Assembly (NCBI GenBank): GCA_052426225.1
Contig: JBNJNM010000015.1
Span: 1,178,001 to 1,242,000 of the forward strand
Source of the DNA: Zancudomyces culisetae HAW-14-8
Taxonomy: Eukaryota > Fungi > Kickxellomycota
Direction of reading: 5' to 3'
Length of the DNA: 64,000 nucleotides
The translations under genes and the position numbers were made by a program. The notes under the pieces are model-generated. The model saw nothing but the letters and a program-made list of their open reading frames with translations, was not told the origin of the DNA and searched no databases. Below, in pieces: positions 1 to 11,275 of the stretch. Numbering within the stretch: the stretch's first letter is position 1; each line of letters opens with the position of its first letter.

Positions 1-1837
1 GACCCTCATACATTTCCTCACTAACTTCATACATCGACTGCCAGTGTTCCGCCAGCGATTCCAATTCCTTAACTCTCTCACCAAGCTTGCTGTTTCTCTC
101 TCCCAAGTTCAGTACCAACTCTTCAGAATCCGCTGCCTCCTCAAGCCGCTGCTTAAGCTCTTCAATAACCTCTGTCTGTTGCTCAACTTGTGCCTTCAGC
201 TTTTCTACTATTCCAACTGCTTGTCTTCCCGCACCCATCTCTTTCTCTAAATCCCTGATGTTTTGCTTCAACTCATTGATCTCCAACTCCTTTTCATCTC
301 TTAACGCCCGAAGTGCATCTGTTAGTCTTATACTCTTGGCCCTGAGCTGTGCTACCTCCAAAGAATCACTTTTTTCTCCTCTACCCTCACCCTCACCCTC
401 ACCCTGACCACCACCACCACTACCAACACTCGTTCCTTCATACAACTTAATCTTCTCTTCCATTTCCGCCATTTCCTCTTTCATAATAACCATCTCCTGT
501 TTGTATCCCTCCGCATGCTCCTCTGCCATTTCTTTCTCTATAGTAATCAACTCCAACGCCTCTCGCTCTTCCTCCAAAGTCACCTCCAGACTCTGCACCA
601 GCTCTTGTGCCTTTTTCAACTCGCTTTTTGTCTTCAGCTGTTCTGCCGTCAGTTCTTTGACCTTCTGGATAAGTCTTTCTTGCGCTCTTTTCGCTTGAGC
701 TTGGCTGCTCATAGCCTCCTCTGCATTCTGTATCACCTCCCGCTCCTCTGCCCTCTTTTGTTCCAAAAACTTAACCTTTGCCTTGAGTTCTTCGTATTGT
801 GCGAGTGGAACGGTCTGATCTGCTTTTACTATTTTGCTTTCTCCTTCGTACATTACCGCCTCGCCCATCGATAGCGTTGGGCGTCGATATCTCACTTCCT
901 TTTCCCTAATGCTTTCCAAAACATCTCCTACACCTTCACCACTTTCTTTCCGCTCCTCTTCTGCATTATCCTTTTGCTCCACCGCATGCTTTTCCTGGTT
1001 ATTGGTCTCCTCAATTTCCTCAATCTCTTCCATATCGTTCTTGTCAGTATTTTGCTTCACTGCTGCTGCACTACTTGCTTCCTCGCTCGGGACTTTCCCT
1101 GCTCTTGTTTGTTCAGCTACGTCTGAAATCGAGGATATGTTTGGGGTGGCTGATCTTGACCTGTTTAAACTGGTGCTGGAACTATGGATCGATGACTGTG
1201 GTGTTGATGGTCTCGAGTCATACTCAGAGCTTCTTCCTGAAACCGATAATCTACTCGTGCTTCCCATTCTATTCGAACTTCCCGTAAAACCCATTGGTAG
1301 CGAGCTCAAGGGGCTTTTCATGTTTAGAGATGCTCTTTTACTTGGGAGTTTACGAGATTCCATTGTTGGCGTTGTATTGGTTTCTTCTTGCATCACTTTT
1401 ACCTGTGAAATTCTTACGAATAGACCGTAGCCAGGTTTTGCATCAAAATATCTAACTCCTTGTACACTTCCATCATTCTTACCCAACTGCTCTTCAAGTT
1501 CTACCCCTATCCACAATCCCGTCGAAAAGGACGTCTCGCCCATAAACCTAACTACACCCTTCTTGTCCTGTGCTAAAACCAGTTTTCCCACCTCAACTTT
1601 GCTTTTGCCTTCAACGCTCTGCGCAATTTGCCCAGATGCCTGATTGTTAGGCGGTGTTTGTGGCACTGGTGAATTTGCTCCAGCTCTTTGCTGTATGCTT
1701 GTTGAAAATCTTGGCATAGGTGAGTTCGGTTTCACAGCGCTTTTGACACCGATCCCGCTAGCTATGGGATTATTTGTTCTCGACCCAGGCCTTGCTTCCA
1801 TGGGCCTGGTCCTTCTGTTAAAGCCACTTTTGTCCAT
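1..1837 (-). CDS. DCTN1: Dynactin subunit 1 (p150Glued/Nip100/NudM), 5' part; gene runs off the left edge
   Basis: Not in the ORF track. Read manually from ATG 1837 (minus): MDKSGFNRR... then a CAP-Gly domain (KGVVRFMGETSFSTGLWIGVELEEQLGKNDGSVQGVRYF...GYGLFVR, with GKNDG), a Ser/Thr/basic linker, and coiled coil with the p150-type motif EALELITIEKEMAEEHAE. Confidence 0.9.
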   Translation of the reverse strand, partial: MDKSGFNRRTRPMEARPGSRTNNPIASGIGVKSAVKPNSPMPRFSTSIQQRAGANSPVPQTPPNNQASGQIAQSVEGKSKVEVGKLVLAQDKKGVVRFMGETSFSTGLWIGVELEEQLGKNDGSVQGVRYFDAKPGYGLFVRISQVKVMQEETNTTPTMESRKLPSKRASLNMKSPLSSLPMGFTGSSNRMGSTSRLSVSGRSSEYDSRPSTPQSSIHSSSTSLNRSRSATPNISSISDVAEQTRAGKVPSEEASSAAAVKQNTDKNDMEEIEEIEETNNQEKHAVEQKDNAEEERKESGEGVGDVLESIREKEVRYRRPTLSMGEAVMYEGESKIVKADQTVPLAQYEELKAKVKFLEQKRAEEREVIQNAEEAMSSQAQAKRAQERLIQKVKELTAEQLKTKSELKKAQELVQSLEVTLEEEREALELITIEKEMAEEHAEGYKQEMVIMKEEMAEMEEKIKLYEGTSVGSGGGGQGEGEGEGRGEKSDSLEVAQLRAKSIRLTDALRALRDEKELEINELKQNIRDLEKEMGAGRQAVGIVEKLKAQVEQQTEVIEELKQRLEEAADSEELVLNLGERNSKLGERVKELESLAEHWQSMYEVSEEMYEG

Positions 1838-2684
1838 GTTGTTTTTGACTTGACAACGAGTATTTCAAGTTACAATGTTATTACTCCTTTTGTCGTTTTT
1901 GTCGTTTTATTTTTCTATACTACTTTATACGGGCAACCTGTAAAATTTTTCGTTGGTATTCGGTATTTCTAGTATGCTCGTGTCTCACACATGTACATTT
2001 ATTTTGTACGTTTGTTGAATATTTGCTCTTTCTGGATGATTTGATTTTATTTACACTATCCACTCAGTAGTATGAACTTTTCGAATTTCTCCCTTCAAAA
2101 TATATTATTAGCAGATAATATGTAGAGGAAAGGTATAATGCAATTGCTGTCAACAAACACCTGAATCGTTGTTCGCCCAGTCTGCCTGGTGTAAAAATTT
2201 CAATTCCCACCTAGTCTGCTATATACTGTTAATTATTAATTATTGTTGATTGCACAGTTAAAGACCAGAATTCAAGTATTTCGCATTTATCTACTTAAAC
2301 AAACCAAACTGAGAAAATAAGCATAGAAAACATAAATAGACATGCTTTTCTTTGTTACTAAATTAAATAGGAAATTCTTAGGCTGGGATGAGTAGTTGAA
2401 TGGTAAAATTCACGCGGATTATTATTAGCTGCGAGCCTCAATTTTTCTGGCGAGATGGGGGAGGGGGGTGTGAGAGTTTTAAACCATTGGATAATCCGTT
2501 CTGTTTTTTTTTTGTTTTTTTTTCCTATTTTTTTTGTAAGCCCGATTAGAGAAATACAAAGAGCTTTGATATTATAAATGTGCTTTTATAATCAGAATCA
2601 AATCAAAGGAAGTAGAGTGATCCTATTTAATCAAAACGCATAATTTGAAAAAACAGAAACAAGGAAGCAACATACACCTCAGCA

Positions 2685-4911
2685 ATGTATGCATTAAGAG
2701 CGTTTCGGTATAGACCACGAAATATAAAACCCATCGAGTTCCAATTCAGTAAGACTTTTTATTCGAAAAGTAACTTTACGAGCAAATCCAAGCTTAAAAT
2801 TGCTCTGGCCGGCGGGAGTGTTTTGGCTTCAAGCATGTCAGGTAAATTTTACAGCAATTTGAGCGAGAATAGCGATAGAAATGTAATAGAAATACAACAT
2901 TCTGGAAGGATCCAGGATTCAAGCGAGAGTGCTAAAAAGTCAATAGAATCTACGCGTAGCATCCATAATATTGCCGATGATCCTTACAAGGCGATAGAGG
3001 ATGCTATAAAAGACAAACCACGATTTATGGTTGATAGCGACAAAATAAAAATAATCTACGAGCCTAGTGATTTTTATTCAAAACTAAAACAGGCTATTTC
3101 TGAAGCAAAAGAGCGTGTGTATTTGAGTACGCTTTATATAGGGAGTAGTGAAAAGGAATTGATTGAAACGATTTCAACAGCATTAGACAACAACGAGAGT
3201 CTAAAAGTTACGATTCTTGAGGATTGTTTGCGCGGAACAAGACCGGAAAGGGGTGAAACTGGCTTAACAAGCTCTGCAGCAGAAATATCGAGACTTGTAG
3301 AGAAACATGGAGCCGACCGAGTAAGCATATTTTTGTACCATACACCAAAGCTGGCAGGAATCAAAAAGAGGATATACCCAGAACGGATTAACGAAACAGT
3401 TGGAGTTCAACATATTAAAGCGTACATATGCGACTCCAATGTCATCATGACGGGGGCGAACCTAAACAAGGACTACTTTACCAATCGCCAGGATCGATAC
3501 TTTCAGTTTGAAGAGGCACCTCAAGTTGCAGATTATCTAGTAGAGCTAATTGACGGTATCTCTAGATTTTCGTATAGACTAGTACTCAATCAGGCTCACT
3601 CTGATACCTTTAACGCGAATGATCGATTTAGTTTGGTGCTGAACGATAAAGACTGTCCAGACCCTGTAAAAAGACCACGAAAGTTCAAAAAATACGCATA
3701 TCAAATTATGATCAACTTTATAGAAAAGTGGAACAAAAACACTGCAAGTACAAATATTTTCACAATGGAGAACGGATCTGGTGTTGGTGTTGGTGTTGGT
3801 GCTGGAGCTGGAATTCAGCGCTCTCAAACAGACGATTATCCCATGCAAAAGTTACAGACTCGGTCCGAATCTTCCAAAGAATACACTGGTGATTACACTT
3901 TTGTGGTACCAACCATCCAAATGGCGCCATTAGGAATTCACCAAGATCAGAAATATATCCAAAAACTATTTAGAGTAATCAAAGAGTATTCTTTACAACT
4001 TGCCAAACATGATAAACCGTCCACCATCTGCAAGACTGAGGTAACTTCTGCGTACTTTAACTTTGCAAGAATCCATATTGATGCAATCCTAGCTTGCAAG
4101 TCCACTTTTAACTTTCTAGTTGCCTCACCCCAAGCTTGTGGATTTTTTGGAGCAAAAGGTGTATCTCGCCATATCCCAAACACATATTCGCTTTTTGAGT
4201 TAGAGTTTTTAAAACATCTTTCCAGGGTCAATAGAAGCGACGCGGTAAAAATCCGCGAGTACTCTCGCGACGGGTGGTCGTACCACGGAAAAGGTTTGTC
4301 GGCTTCTATTTATTTATCTATCTATTCATTTATTCGTTTATCAGATTTTTTTTTTTTGTGGGTGTTATTTACTTGATAGCAGGTTATTTTTCAAGCGGCC
4401 GCACTATGAGGGAGATTCAAGGTTTAAAGTATTTTACAACTACAACTACAACTACAACTACGAGTACTAACATTAATATTGGTAAATAGGTGTGTGGTGC
4501 TACTTTGACCAAGAAACACCCGTAATGACAATTATTGGGTCATCAAACTTTGGACAGCGTTCCTATTCTCGAGACTTGGAGGCCCAGCTAACGATTGTTT
4601 CAACAAACCCAGACTTTCGAAACAGACTACATGATGTAAATACCACACTTTCATTATTAATACTAACAATTCTACATTTGAGGATGAGACATTTGCCATT
4701 TATTATTCATACATCATTGGTTATTCATGTGCTTTAAGGGATGTTCTCGAATGAAAAAAAAATAAATCAAAAACTTTAAATTAAATAGGAAATCGAGAAT
4801 CTAAAGAAACATTCATATCCAGTCGATGAAAAGGTGCTGGAACAGGACAAAAGTAGAGACTGTCCGACATGGATTAGAGTCTTCCGACGAGTAATCCAGG
4901 ATAAAATGTAG
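2685..4911 (+). CDS. PGS1: Phosphatidylglycerophosphate synthase (PLD superfamily), mitochondrial; 3 exons 2685-4293, 4490-4635, 4789-4911
   Basis: Motifs RVYLSTLYIG, DCLRGTR, RINETVGVQHIKAY...GANLNKDYFTNRQDRY and GWSYHGKG|VW...IGSSNFGQRSYSRDLEAQ. Basic N-terminal presequence. Intron phases consistent; TACTAAC at 4465-4471. Confidence 0.93.
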
Positions 4912-4957
4912 ATCTCTGCCTGTTGTATGTATAGCTTTATAGCCTTCGACTGCGCCT

Positions 4958-7900
4958 CTATCCGACCGGATTGGAGTTGATGTTTGCAAATAGACCTTTT
5001 TCGATATCTAGTTTAAATAGCTCGTAATGTATATCTGACCATTTAAACACATGTTCATGATTCTTTATGCAGTGCATCTGAGTTTGGTAAAGGTCTTCAT
5101 CTAAAAGCGCATGGTTCTCACTATACGACGCCTTTCCATCATCAGTATTATTGATTTTGTAATAGAGATCGGGTATTAGTTTCAGCAGCTTGTTACTTGC
5201 AAGAACTCGACGAATGGAAATCAAATAAGACAAGTCGTCTTGCCTTTCAGTACCCTCTGATATGTGTTCAGTCATGGATACTATAAAGCTATATAGCGCC
5301 GTAGCTGCTACCAGTGTTTGAAACCCTGCATTTTTATCGTCCAACAACCGCATTATACAGTAGTCCATTATGGCCGGCGCTAGAAATCTGTGACAAAGAG
5401 GCAGTGCTGATACTAGGTCTCCCATTCGAATGTCCTTGTTGCATTCTCCTTTTGTGGGTTTGGATAAGGTCACAGCATCATGTAGCTCCTTCGAAACCGC
5501 AAAAAAGTCACTTTTCTTATAGCCATATTGATCAATGGCTTCACTATTTTCGATTATATATTCAAAGGATAGATCCATCAGCGCAACAAAATTTAGAGGA
5601 CATATATCATCAAATTCCACTAGTATAACTCCATTATTATCTAGACCATCGCTGTGTTTGGTGTTTCCAATTTCATCTTTATACTTTTCATTGCACAAAT
5701 CTTGGCACAAAGTGGTGGTGTTATGTGGAAATTCTCCAAAAGATACCGGATTTATGTTTGTACCATCCTTGTCTGTGATTTTCACATCTTTTAGCCTGTT
5801 AAATGCGTCAAAGGACTCTGAGAATTCACTTTCAAGCAGCAATGCAAAATACTCGAAAATATGCGTCATAAGCCTAGTATCTTTTATTACGACATAGCAA
5901 TACTCATCGTGATGTTCCACACCTTCCTGTTTTTTAAGATGGGCTTCGAATTCGAACCTCTGCTTCTCAGCATCTAGGTCGTAACTCTGCCGTGGCTGTT
6001 GTTGTGAATGAACGTAGTGAATGTAGCAGACGGTGGCCAGGTCCAGTCTTATCACAAGACACCTACAGCTTTTCAAGGGCCGGGTATCTTTATTACTGAT
6101 CATAGCAGTATTATTTTCCCTGAATTTAGCACCAATATTTGTCATGTTTTTTGCAACCCTCCTCTGTAAAAGTTCGAGAACCCTGCTAAATTCACTCGAA
6201 AACGCGTTTTTTCCCCTTTCATACACAACAGATGTGCAAGTAATAGCCAGTTCTAGGAGATGATCACTCTTTAGCACAGTGTTACTATCTTCTGAAACAT
6301 CTACCAGTTCTGAATCTTGAATAACATCGCCACAATGATCACTATCGATAACATCACTGCCTTCTGTATCAGGTATCAAAATAGCACCATTAATCATACC
6401 AACCATTGGTTTGAGCTGTAAAAGCCAATTTTTGACCAAAGGAAAACTACGCAAACCCACAAAATCGACTTTTGCGCCAGAGATTTGGGTGCGTTTGTGA
6501 GTATTCCCAGTTGCAAATTTGGCCCCGTGTGTGCCAGGGCTATTTTTCAGCATATTTTTTTCAGGAACTTTAAACAAGAATATCAATAGCAAACAAAGCG
6601 CTCTTTTGTCCTGAATTTCCTCGAAAAAAGTGACTGACTCTTCCAGTGTAGATTCGTCAAATGAATCGCCTACATAAACACTATTACACACGAATTCACA
6701 CATGTATTTATCGTACTGTTTCAAAACCGGAATAATAACCGAAAAGAAGCTTGTCAGCTGGCTATTTTTGTTTAAGTGGCAGAGCCTATAATAAAATTGG
6801 ACTATACTCCGTTTGTGAGCACCAACAGTACTGCCGCTTGATGTCAAGATTCTGCCGGTTGTGGTGGTTTGGAGGTTCAAGCCAAATTTAAGCCAATCAT
6901 CTGAGTGTATCTCATTATGATTCCCCGTACTAGGCAAATTCGGCGTAGGTGTAGATATGGTGGGGTTGGTGGCGGCTATAGTAGCGACAGGATAGTTGCA
7001 CTCAACTATGTTTGTAAATAACCGTTTAAGCAGATTAAGCCAACCCTCAATCCGCTGTTCCCATAATGAAGTTAATTGGTGTTTGAGTTTTAATGTCATA
7101 TCCGAGTCGTAAATGTTTAGATCATCACATTCTAAATCATTAAAAAAAGAATCATTACTACTTTTATTGCTATTGCCATTGCCATTATTGGTGAAATCTT
7201 TGCTGCCTGAACACTGCTCACGTTCGTTATTCACAGCTATACCAGAGGTAATAGTTATCTTCACTGGTAGTTCATCGAAAAACTTTACCATACCCCTTCC
7301 CAAAACCTTTAGAATGTTCTTATGATTCAGCAACACCAAACTACCATTTTTGGTTTTACACAGTTTCAGCAGAGTCTGTTTTACCAGTTCAAAAATAGTA
7401 CCAGACGTCTTGGCTCTATTGTATAGAGCCTGGAGGTATTTTTCATAGTTGACCTCCAGATTTGTAGCTGTTTTTACCTCATGATCCCTTCCCCCAAATA
7501 TCTTTCCTCCCAAATATTTTTCCTTAGCGGAGTGATTGGCATTATGGGTATCTTTACCGACAACCGAGAAAGGGGGCGTTGAACCGTCCTCGGTTGGATG
7601 ATTATTGAAGCAAACACCAAGATTTTCAAGAATATGGGCTAACATGTACAGCCCACAGAGTTTGTTTCCAAAATAGAATTCCTGGTTATTGCACACCTCT
7701 CCAAATTTCTTATTTGCTTCTTCAGAGCTAGAAGTCGGCAGTAATTCATACCCCTTGGGTAATGTTGTAATTACCAACTCTTCCAAGATCTGTACATCAA
7801 AGTAAAAAAATTGTATCAATGAGAAGAGAGAAGATAAAGAGCAGTAAAAGAGTTTGGTCATATTTTCATCAGCTACTAAAGATAAATTAGTTGCAGACTC

Positions 7901-10900
7901 CTCAAAATATGCACATGACGTTACCCCTACAGATATGAGCCACCACTGTGGCAGAGTAAAGATAACACGATGGGCCACACGTGAATCTGGAATGGAATCA
8001 CTGTCATCAGTGTAGACTGTTGTTGAAAGCACGGTTTTGAGTTGTGTTCTCAATAAACTGTGAGCTATAATCCTCTCGAGGGTATCGTACCATAGCTTGA
8101 CCCTTTTCAACAATGTTTCTTGTTGAGTTGTGTTCTTTAACTGCCTCATTTTGTATATCCATTTAATATTCAGCATTGAGTCTACCATAAATAACTTTGG
8201 AAAGCCCACTGAAACAAAAATTTGGGTGAGGAGATATGGTTTTGGTTGGTTATGCAGCAAAACCGACTTTTTTGCTACTTCACTATTAATCTGTGACATC
8301 ATACTCGACGAAGGTTTAACATTTTTGCCACGCCGTGTCCTTTCATCACGGATCGTAGATGCACCCAAAAGTGTTGCCAAAACCCTCATCGCTTCTAGTG
8401 ATACCCAATTTAATAATTTTGCAGTACTAGCTACCTTTTCTAGCTTATGGGTCTTCAACTTTGATACATAGATATCCAAAAAGGCGTAGACTTTTGCCAC
8501 AAAGGTTAACCCAGACGAGTCAGGACAAGAGTCAAGTTTTTGATCACACCTCTCGTTTTCAGTCCAACCCAATTGACACATTTGTATAATGAACTTTTCC
8601 ACCAGAGACTTTTCGCACACCCGAGGGAGCCTCTGAATATTCGACCATTCCCAGGCCTGAGTATCTGTAGAATTCTGCTGAGCAATCGTTGTAACACGCT
8701 GGATCCACTCTATACTTCCAAAAAATATGGCGTAAATAAGTTCAGTGTGGGTTTTAAAGCCCGATTGCCAATATGATACATCTTTGTCCTGAAGCATAAG
8801 AGCTGACTTTGAATATACTTGCATCCATCTCCGGAGCTTTCCTGCAGCCGCTGCCTCTTTAATTTTGCTTTCCGGCTTCACTAATTCATTCTCCACATTC
8901 TGGATGGTTGATTCAAATCCGCAGATACATATATAGTCACCTGGCCATCTACTAATCATTTTATGCAAATTCTTTATAAGTTCGGTTTGTGCGACGTTTT
9001 TGGTACTAAGTACCTCACTGTGAAATACAGTTATCCATATAATATCCATGATTATAGAAAACCCCAATCGACCCGCGACAGCTAGCTTTGTTCCTTCAAA
9101 AATTTGCACTGTTTCCTCGAGGTTGTGATATTCATTGTCATTTTGGCTAGCATCTAGCAATACCCACTCGTAAATAAAGTTCACCATTTTTTTCGCCAAG
9201 TCCATTTGCTCGTTCAAACGCTCACGGCTATCTGATACTGCCGATTCAACGCTGTTGTTTGTTTTACTGGACCTGGCCTCGTTTGGATCTTTGCTCTGGA
9301 GAACATTTGATTCGGAAACAACCTCGCTTGCCTTGGTGACCAGTATTTCGGATTTTATATATTGGTCCGACTCCTCCTTATCCAGGTCCCAAATCCACTT
9401 GTCTACAAGGCTTGATAGCACTAGCAATACTGATTGTGCAATCTGTGTTGATATTTGTTTTATTTTTCCAAATATCGGAAGGGTTGATTTTTGCTCCACA
9501 CTAATCTTGAATACCATATTTGCAATGTTTATAGTGGTATATACCATGTACTTAAAATTCTCATGAGAAAACAAGTGTCTTTGTAAATGGTTTCTTCTAT
9601 GTTTGCCGAATATTACCAAATATAGCTCTTCCGGGTTATATTCGTACTTTAGTTGATTTTGTGTCAAAGTGAATCCAAAATCACGGCTATAATACTGCCT
9701 ATACTCATTTCTCGCGAGTTTAAGTTGGTATGACCAACTGAAATCATTCGCTGGAGCCTTAGCAAACCCATTTGCGCTAAATTCCTCGTCCCCAATATTA
9801 TTGTAAATATCGTGAAGATGTCTTTTATTATGTAGAGATGAGCGGTATGTAATAGGCTGCTGTATATTTATCCCTGTACCGTTAATTGCAGTGCTCTTCA
9901 TATCAATCTCATCTTGATTATCATATTCATTTTTAAGTTCATTTAGATAGTATACTACCTGGTAGAACCTACCCAAATATTCTTCCATTGCACAGATCAA
10001 CATTATCATGCTATTTCCACCACAAGACTCAAACACTTTATCTACAACCATTCCCTTTTCTCCTAAGGATCTTTGTCTAATACGGCTACTCACTTTGAAA
10101 ATTATTTTTTCGGCCAGGTGTACTATTAGAAGCGCTATTTTACAGAGAAGTTTACTATAAATACATGATTTGGTATCCTTTGCATATTTGGAGCCATCGG
10201 CGAGAGTACTCCCATCCATACATTCTTTCTCAAGGTGTTTTGTGAATTCTGCTATGTTTTTCGATGCTAAACAAATATATACCGTAAAAGTCTCCAATAA
10301 ACTCGCAAGTTCTCTTTTAACCGATTCGTTTTCAACACCAACATCTACATCCATCACATCCCCTTTGACTGTTTTCGATACCAACTTTTTTAGTACTCCA
10401 GAGTTACCTACTGACATGATCTGAAGTATATATATCTTGAAACTGTTTTGAAGTTGTGGTTTCATTAGCATTTTTGTTATAATTGAAGCTATGCTTTCGT
10501 GTGGACAAAATGCTTTGGAATCCCTATGTTTGTTGATAATTGTCTCCGAGATAGAATCAAGTAGCTTCTGTACTGGAATCACACAGGCTGCGTTTTCTTG
10601 CGTAGTCTGGGATAAAGATGATAGTAGCCTCCATAACACTTTTACCATTATTTCTAAAATATTCTGTCGATACTTCTCTTTAACTTTATTTAGGTGCATG
10701 GCTTTAAATATTTTCTTTATTGTTTCAACTACCATGTCAACACTATTTACACGCAACTCTATTTTATTTACACGCTCTGCAGGTCGTTCATAAATATCTT
10801 GTAATATTTGCAGCCCAACACAAAAGGTCTCGACTAACCGGCTGTATCTTGACACATATCGTTCATATCTTTGTCTTTCGAAATCATTGTGCTTGTTTGC

Positions 10901-11275
10901 CACACATCCCTCTGGTAGCTTTATCTTTTTATTTTCGTGTATGGGAATTTTTTGACTGCCAGAATGTTCTTGTTGGGCCGCCTCAACGGTACTTGCATCA
11001 ATATTACTGACCGTAGTGTTGGTGCTGCTATTTACACACGCATCAATATCATTCAGACATTTATCTATTCCAACACACAGCTTATTCATTAGGCTTTCAA
11101 ATTCAGTACCCCTAGGAGCAAGTTTGTGCAAAAAGACTTTCCCAACAATATCCTTACTCCAGCTTCTCCCCTCAAACCTAGAACCGTCATCCCAGAGCCA
11201 TTTGAATATGGTAGTAGTCAAGGTATCAGTTTTTCTCTCGTTGTTATTCTTGCCTTTAGCCTCTAGATTGTCCAT
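4958..11275 (-). CDS. Large uncharacterised helical protein (2105 aa) with two degenerate BTB/POZ-like segments in the C-terminal third
   Basis: 6.3-kb uninterrupted ORF. Leu/Ile-rich N-terminal region. BTB-like words GAHKRSIVQ...SFDESTLEESVTFFEEIQDKRALCLLLIFLF and RLMTHIFEYFALLLESEFSES...VEFDDICPLNFVALMD...LPLCHRFLAPAIMDYC. The gene is near certain; the domain call is inference. Confidence 0.75.
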   Translation of the reverse strand: MDNLEAKGKNNNERKTDTLTTTIFKWLWDDGSRFEGRSWSKDIVGKVFLHKLAPRGTEFESLMNKLCVGIDKCLNDIDACVNSSTNTTVSNIDASTVEAAQQEHSGSQKIPIHENKKIKLPEGCVANKHNDFERQRYERYVSRYSRLVETFCVGLQILQDIYERPAERVNKIELRVNSVDMVVETIKKIFKAMHLNKVKEKYRQNILEIMVKVLWRLLSSLSQTTQENAACVIPVQKLLDSISETIINKHRDSKAFCPHESIASIITKMLMKPQLQNSFKIYILQIMSVGNSGVLKKLVSKTVKGDVMDVDVGVENESVKRELASLLETFTVYICLASKNIAEFTKHLEKECMDGSTLADGSKYAKDTKSCIYSKLLCKIALLIVHLAEKIIFKVSSRIRQRSLGEKGMVVDKVFESCGGNSMIMLICAMEEYLGRFYQVVYYLNELKNEYDNQDEIDMKSTAINGTGINIQQPITYRSSLHNKRHLHDIYNNIGDEEFSANGFAKAPANDFSWSYQLKLARNEYRQYYSRDFGFTLTQNQLKYEYNPEELYLVIFGKHRRNHLQRHLFSHENFKYMVYTTINIANMVFKISVEQKSTLPIFGKIKQISTQIAQSVLLVLSSLVDKWIWDLDKEESDQYIKSEILVTKASEVVSESNVLQSKDPNEARSSKTNNSVESAVSDSRERLNEQMDLAKKMVNFIYEWVLLDASQNDNEYHNLEETVQIFEGTKLAVAGRLGFSIIMDIIWITVFHSEVLSTKNVAQTELIKNLHKMISRWPGDYICICGFESTIQNVENELVKPESKIKEAAAAGKLRRWMQVYSKSALMLQDKDVSYWQSGFKTHTELIYAIFFGSIEWIQRVTTIAQQNSTDTQAWEWSNIQRLPRVCEKSLVEKFIIQMCQLGWTENERCDQKLDSCPDSSGLTFVAKVYAFLDIYVSKLKTHKLEKVASTAKLLNWVSLEAMRVLATLLGASTIRDERTRRGKNVKPSSSMMSQINSEVAKKSVLLHNQPKPYLLTQIFVSVGFPKLFMVDSMLNIKWIYKMRQLKNTTQQETLLKRVKLWYDTLERIIAHSLLRTQLKTVLSTTVYTDDSDSIPDSRVAHRVIFTLPQWWLISVGVTSCAYFEESATNLSLVADENMTKLFYCSLSSLFSLIQFFYFDVQILEELVITTLPKGYELLPTSSSEEANKKFGEVCNNQEFYFGNKLCGLYMLAHILENLGVCFNNHPTEDGSTPPFSVVGKDTHNANHSAKEKYLGGKIFGGRDHEVKTATNLEVNYEKYLQALYNRAKTSGTIFELVKQTLLKLCKTKNGSLVLLNHKNILKVLGRGMVKFFDELPVKITITSGIAVNNEREQCSGSKDFTNNGNGNSNKSSNDSFFNDLECDDLNIYDSDMTLKLKHQLTSLWEQRIEGWLNLLKRLFTNIVECNYPVATIAATNPTISTPTPNLPSTGNHNEIHSDDWLKFGLNLQTTTTGRILTSSGSTVGAHKRSIVQFYYRLCHLNKNSQLTSFFSVIIPVLKQYDKYMCEFVCNSVYVGDSFDESTLEESVTFFEEIQDKRALCLLLIFLFKVPEKNMLKNSPGTHGAKFATGNTHKRTQISGAKVDFVGLRSFPLVKNWLLQLKPMVGMINGAILIPDTEGSDVIDSDHCGDVIQDSELVDVSEDSNTVLKSDHLLELAITCTSVVYERGKNAFSSEFSRVLELLQRRVAKNMTNIGAKFRENNTAMISNKDTRPLKSCRCLVIRLDLATVCYIHYVHSQQQPRQSYDLDAEKQRFEFEAHLKKQEGVEHHDEYCYVVIKDTRLMTHIFEYFALLLESEFSESFDAFNRLKDVKITDKDGTNINPVSFGEFPHNTTTLCQDLCNEKYKDEIGNTKHSDGLDNNGVILVEFDDICPLNFVALMDLSFEYIIENSEAIDQYGYKKSDFFAVSKELHDAVTLSKPTKGECNKDIRMGDLVSALPLCHRFLAPAIMDYCIMRLLDDKNAGFQTLVAATALYSFIVSMTEHISEGTERQDDLSYLISIRRVLASNKLLKLIPDLYYKINNTDDGKASYSENHALLDEDLYQTQMHCIKNHEHVFKWSDIHYELFKLDIEKGLFANINSNPVG

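Noticed and set aside
44-1853. Several + strand ORFs (S/L/F/C-rich)
   Set aside because: Antisense shadows of the minus-strand dynactin p150 coiled-coil gene.
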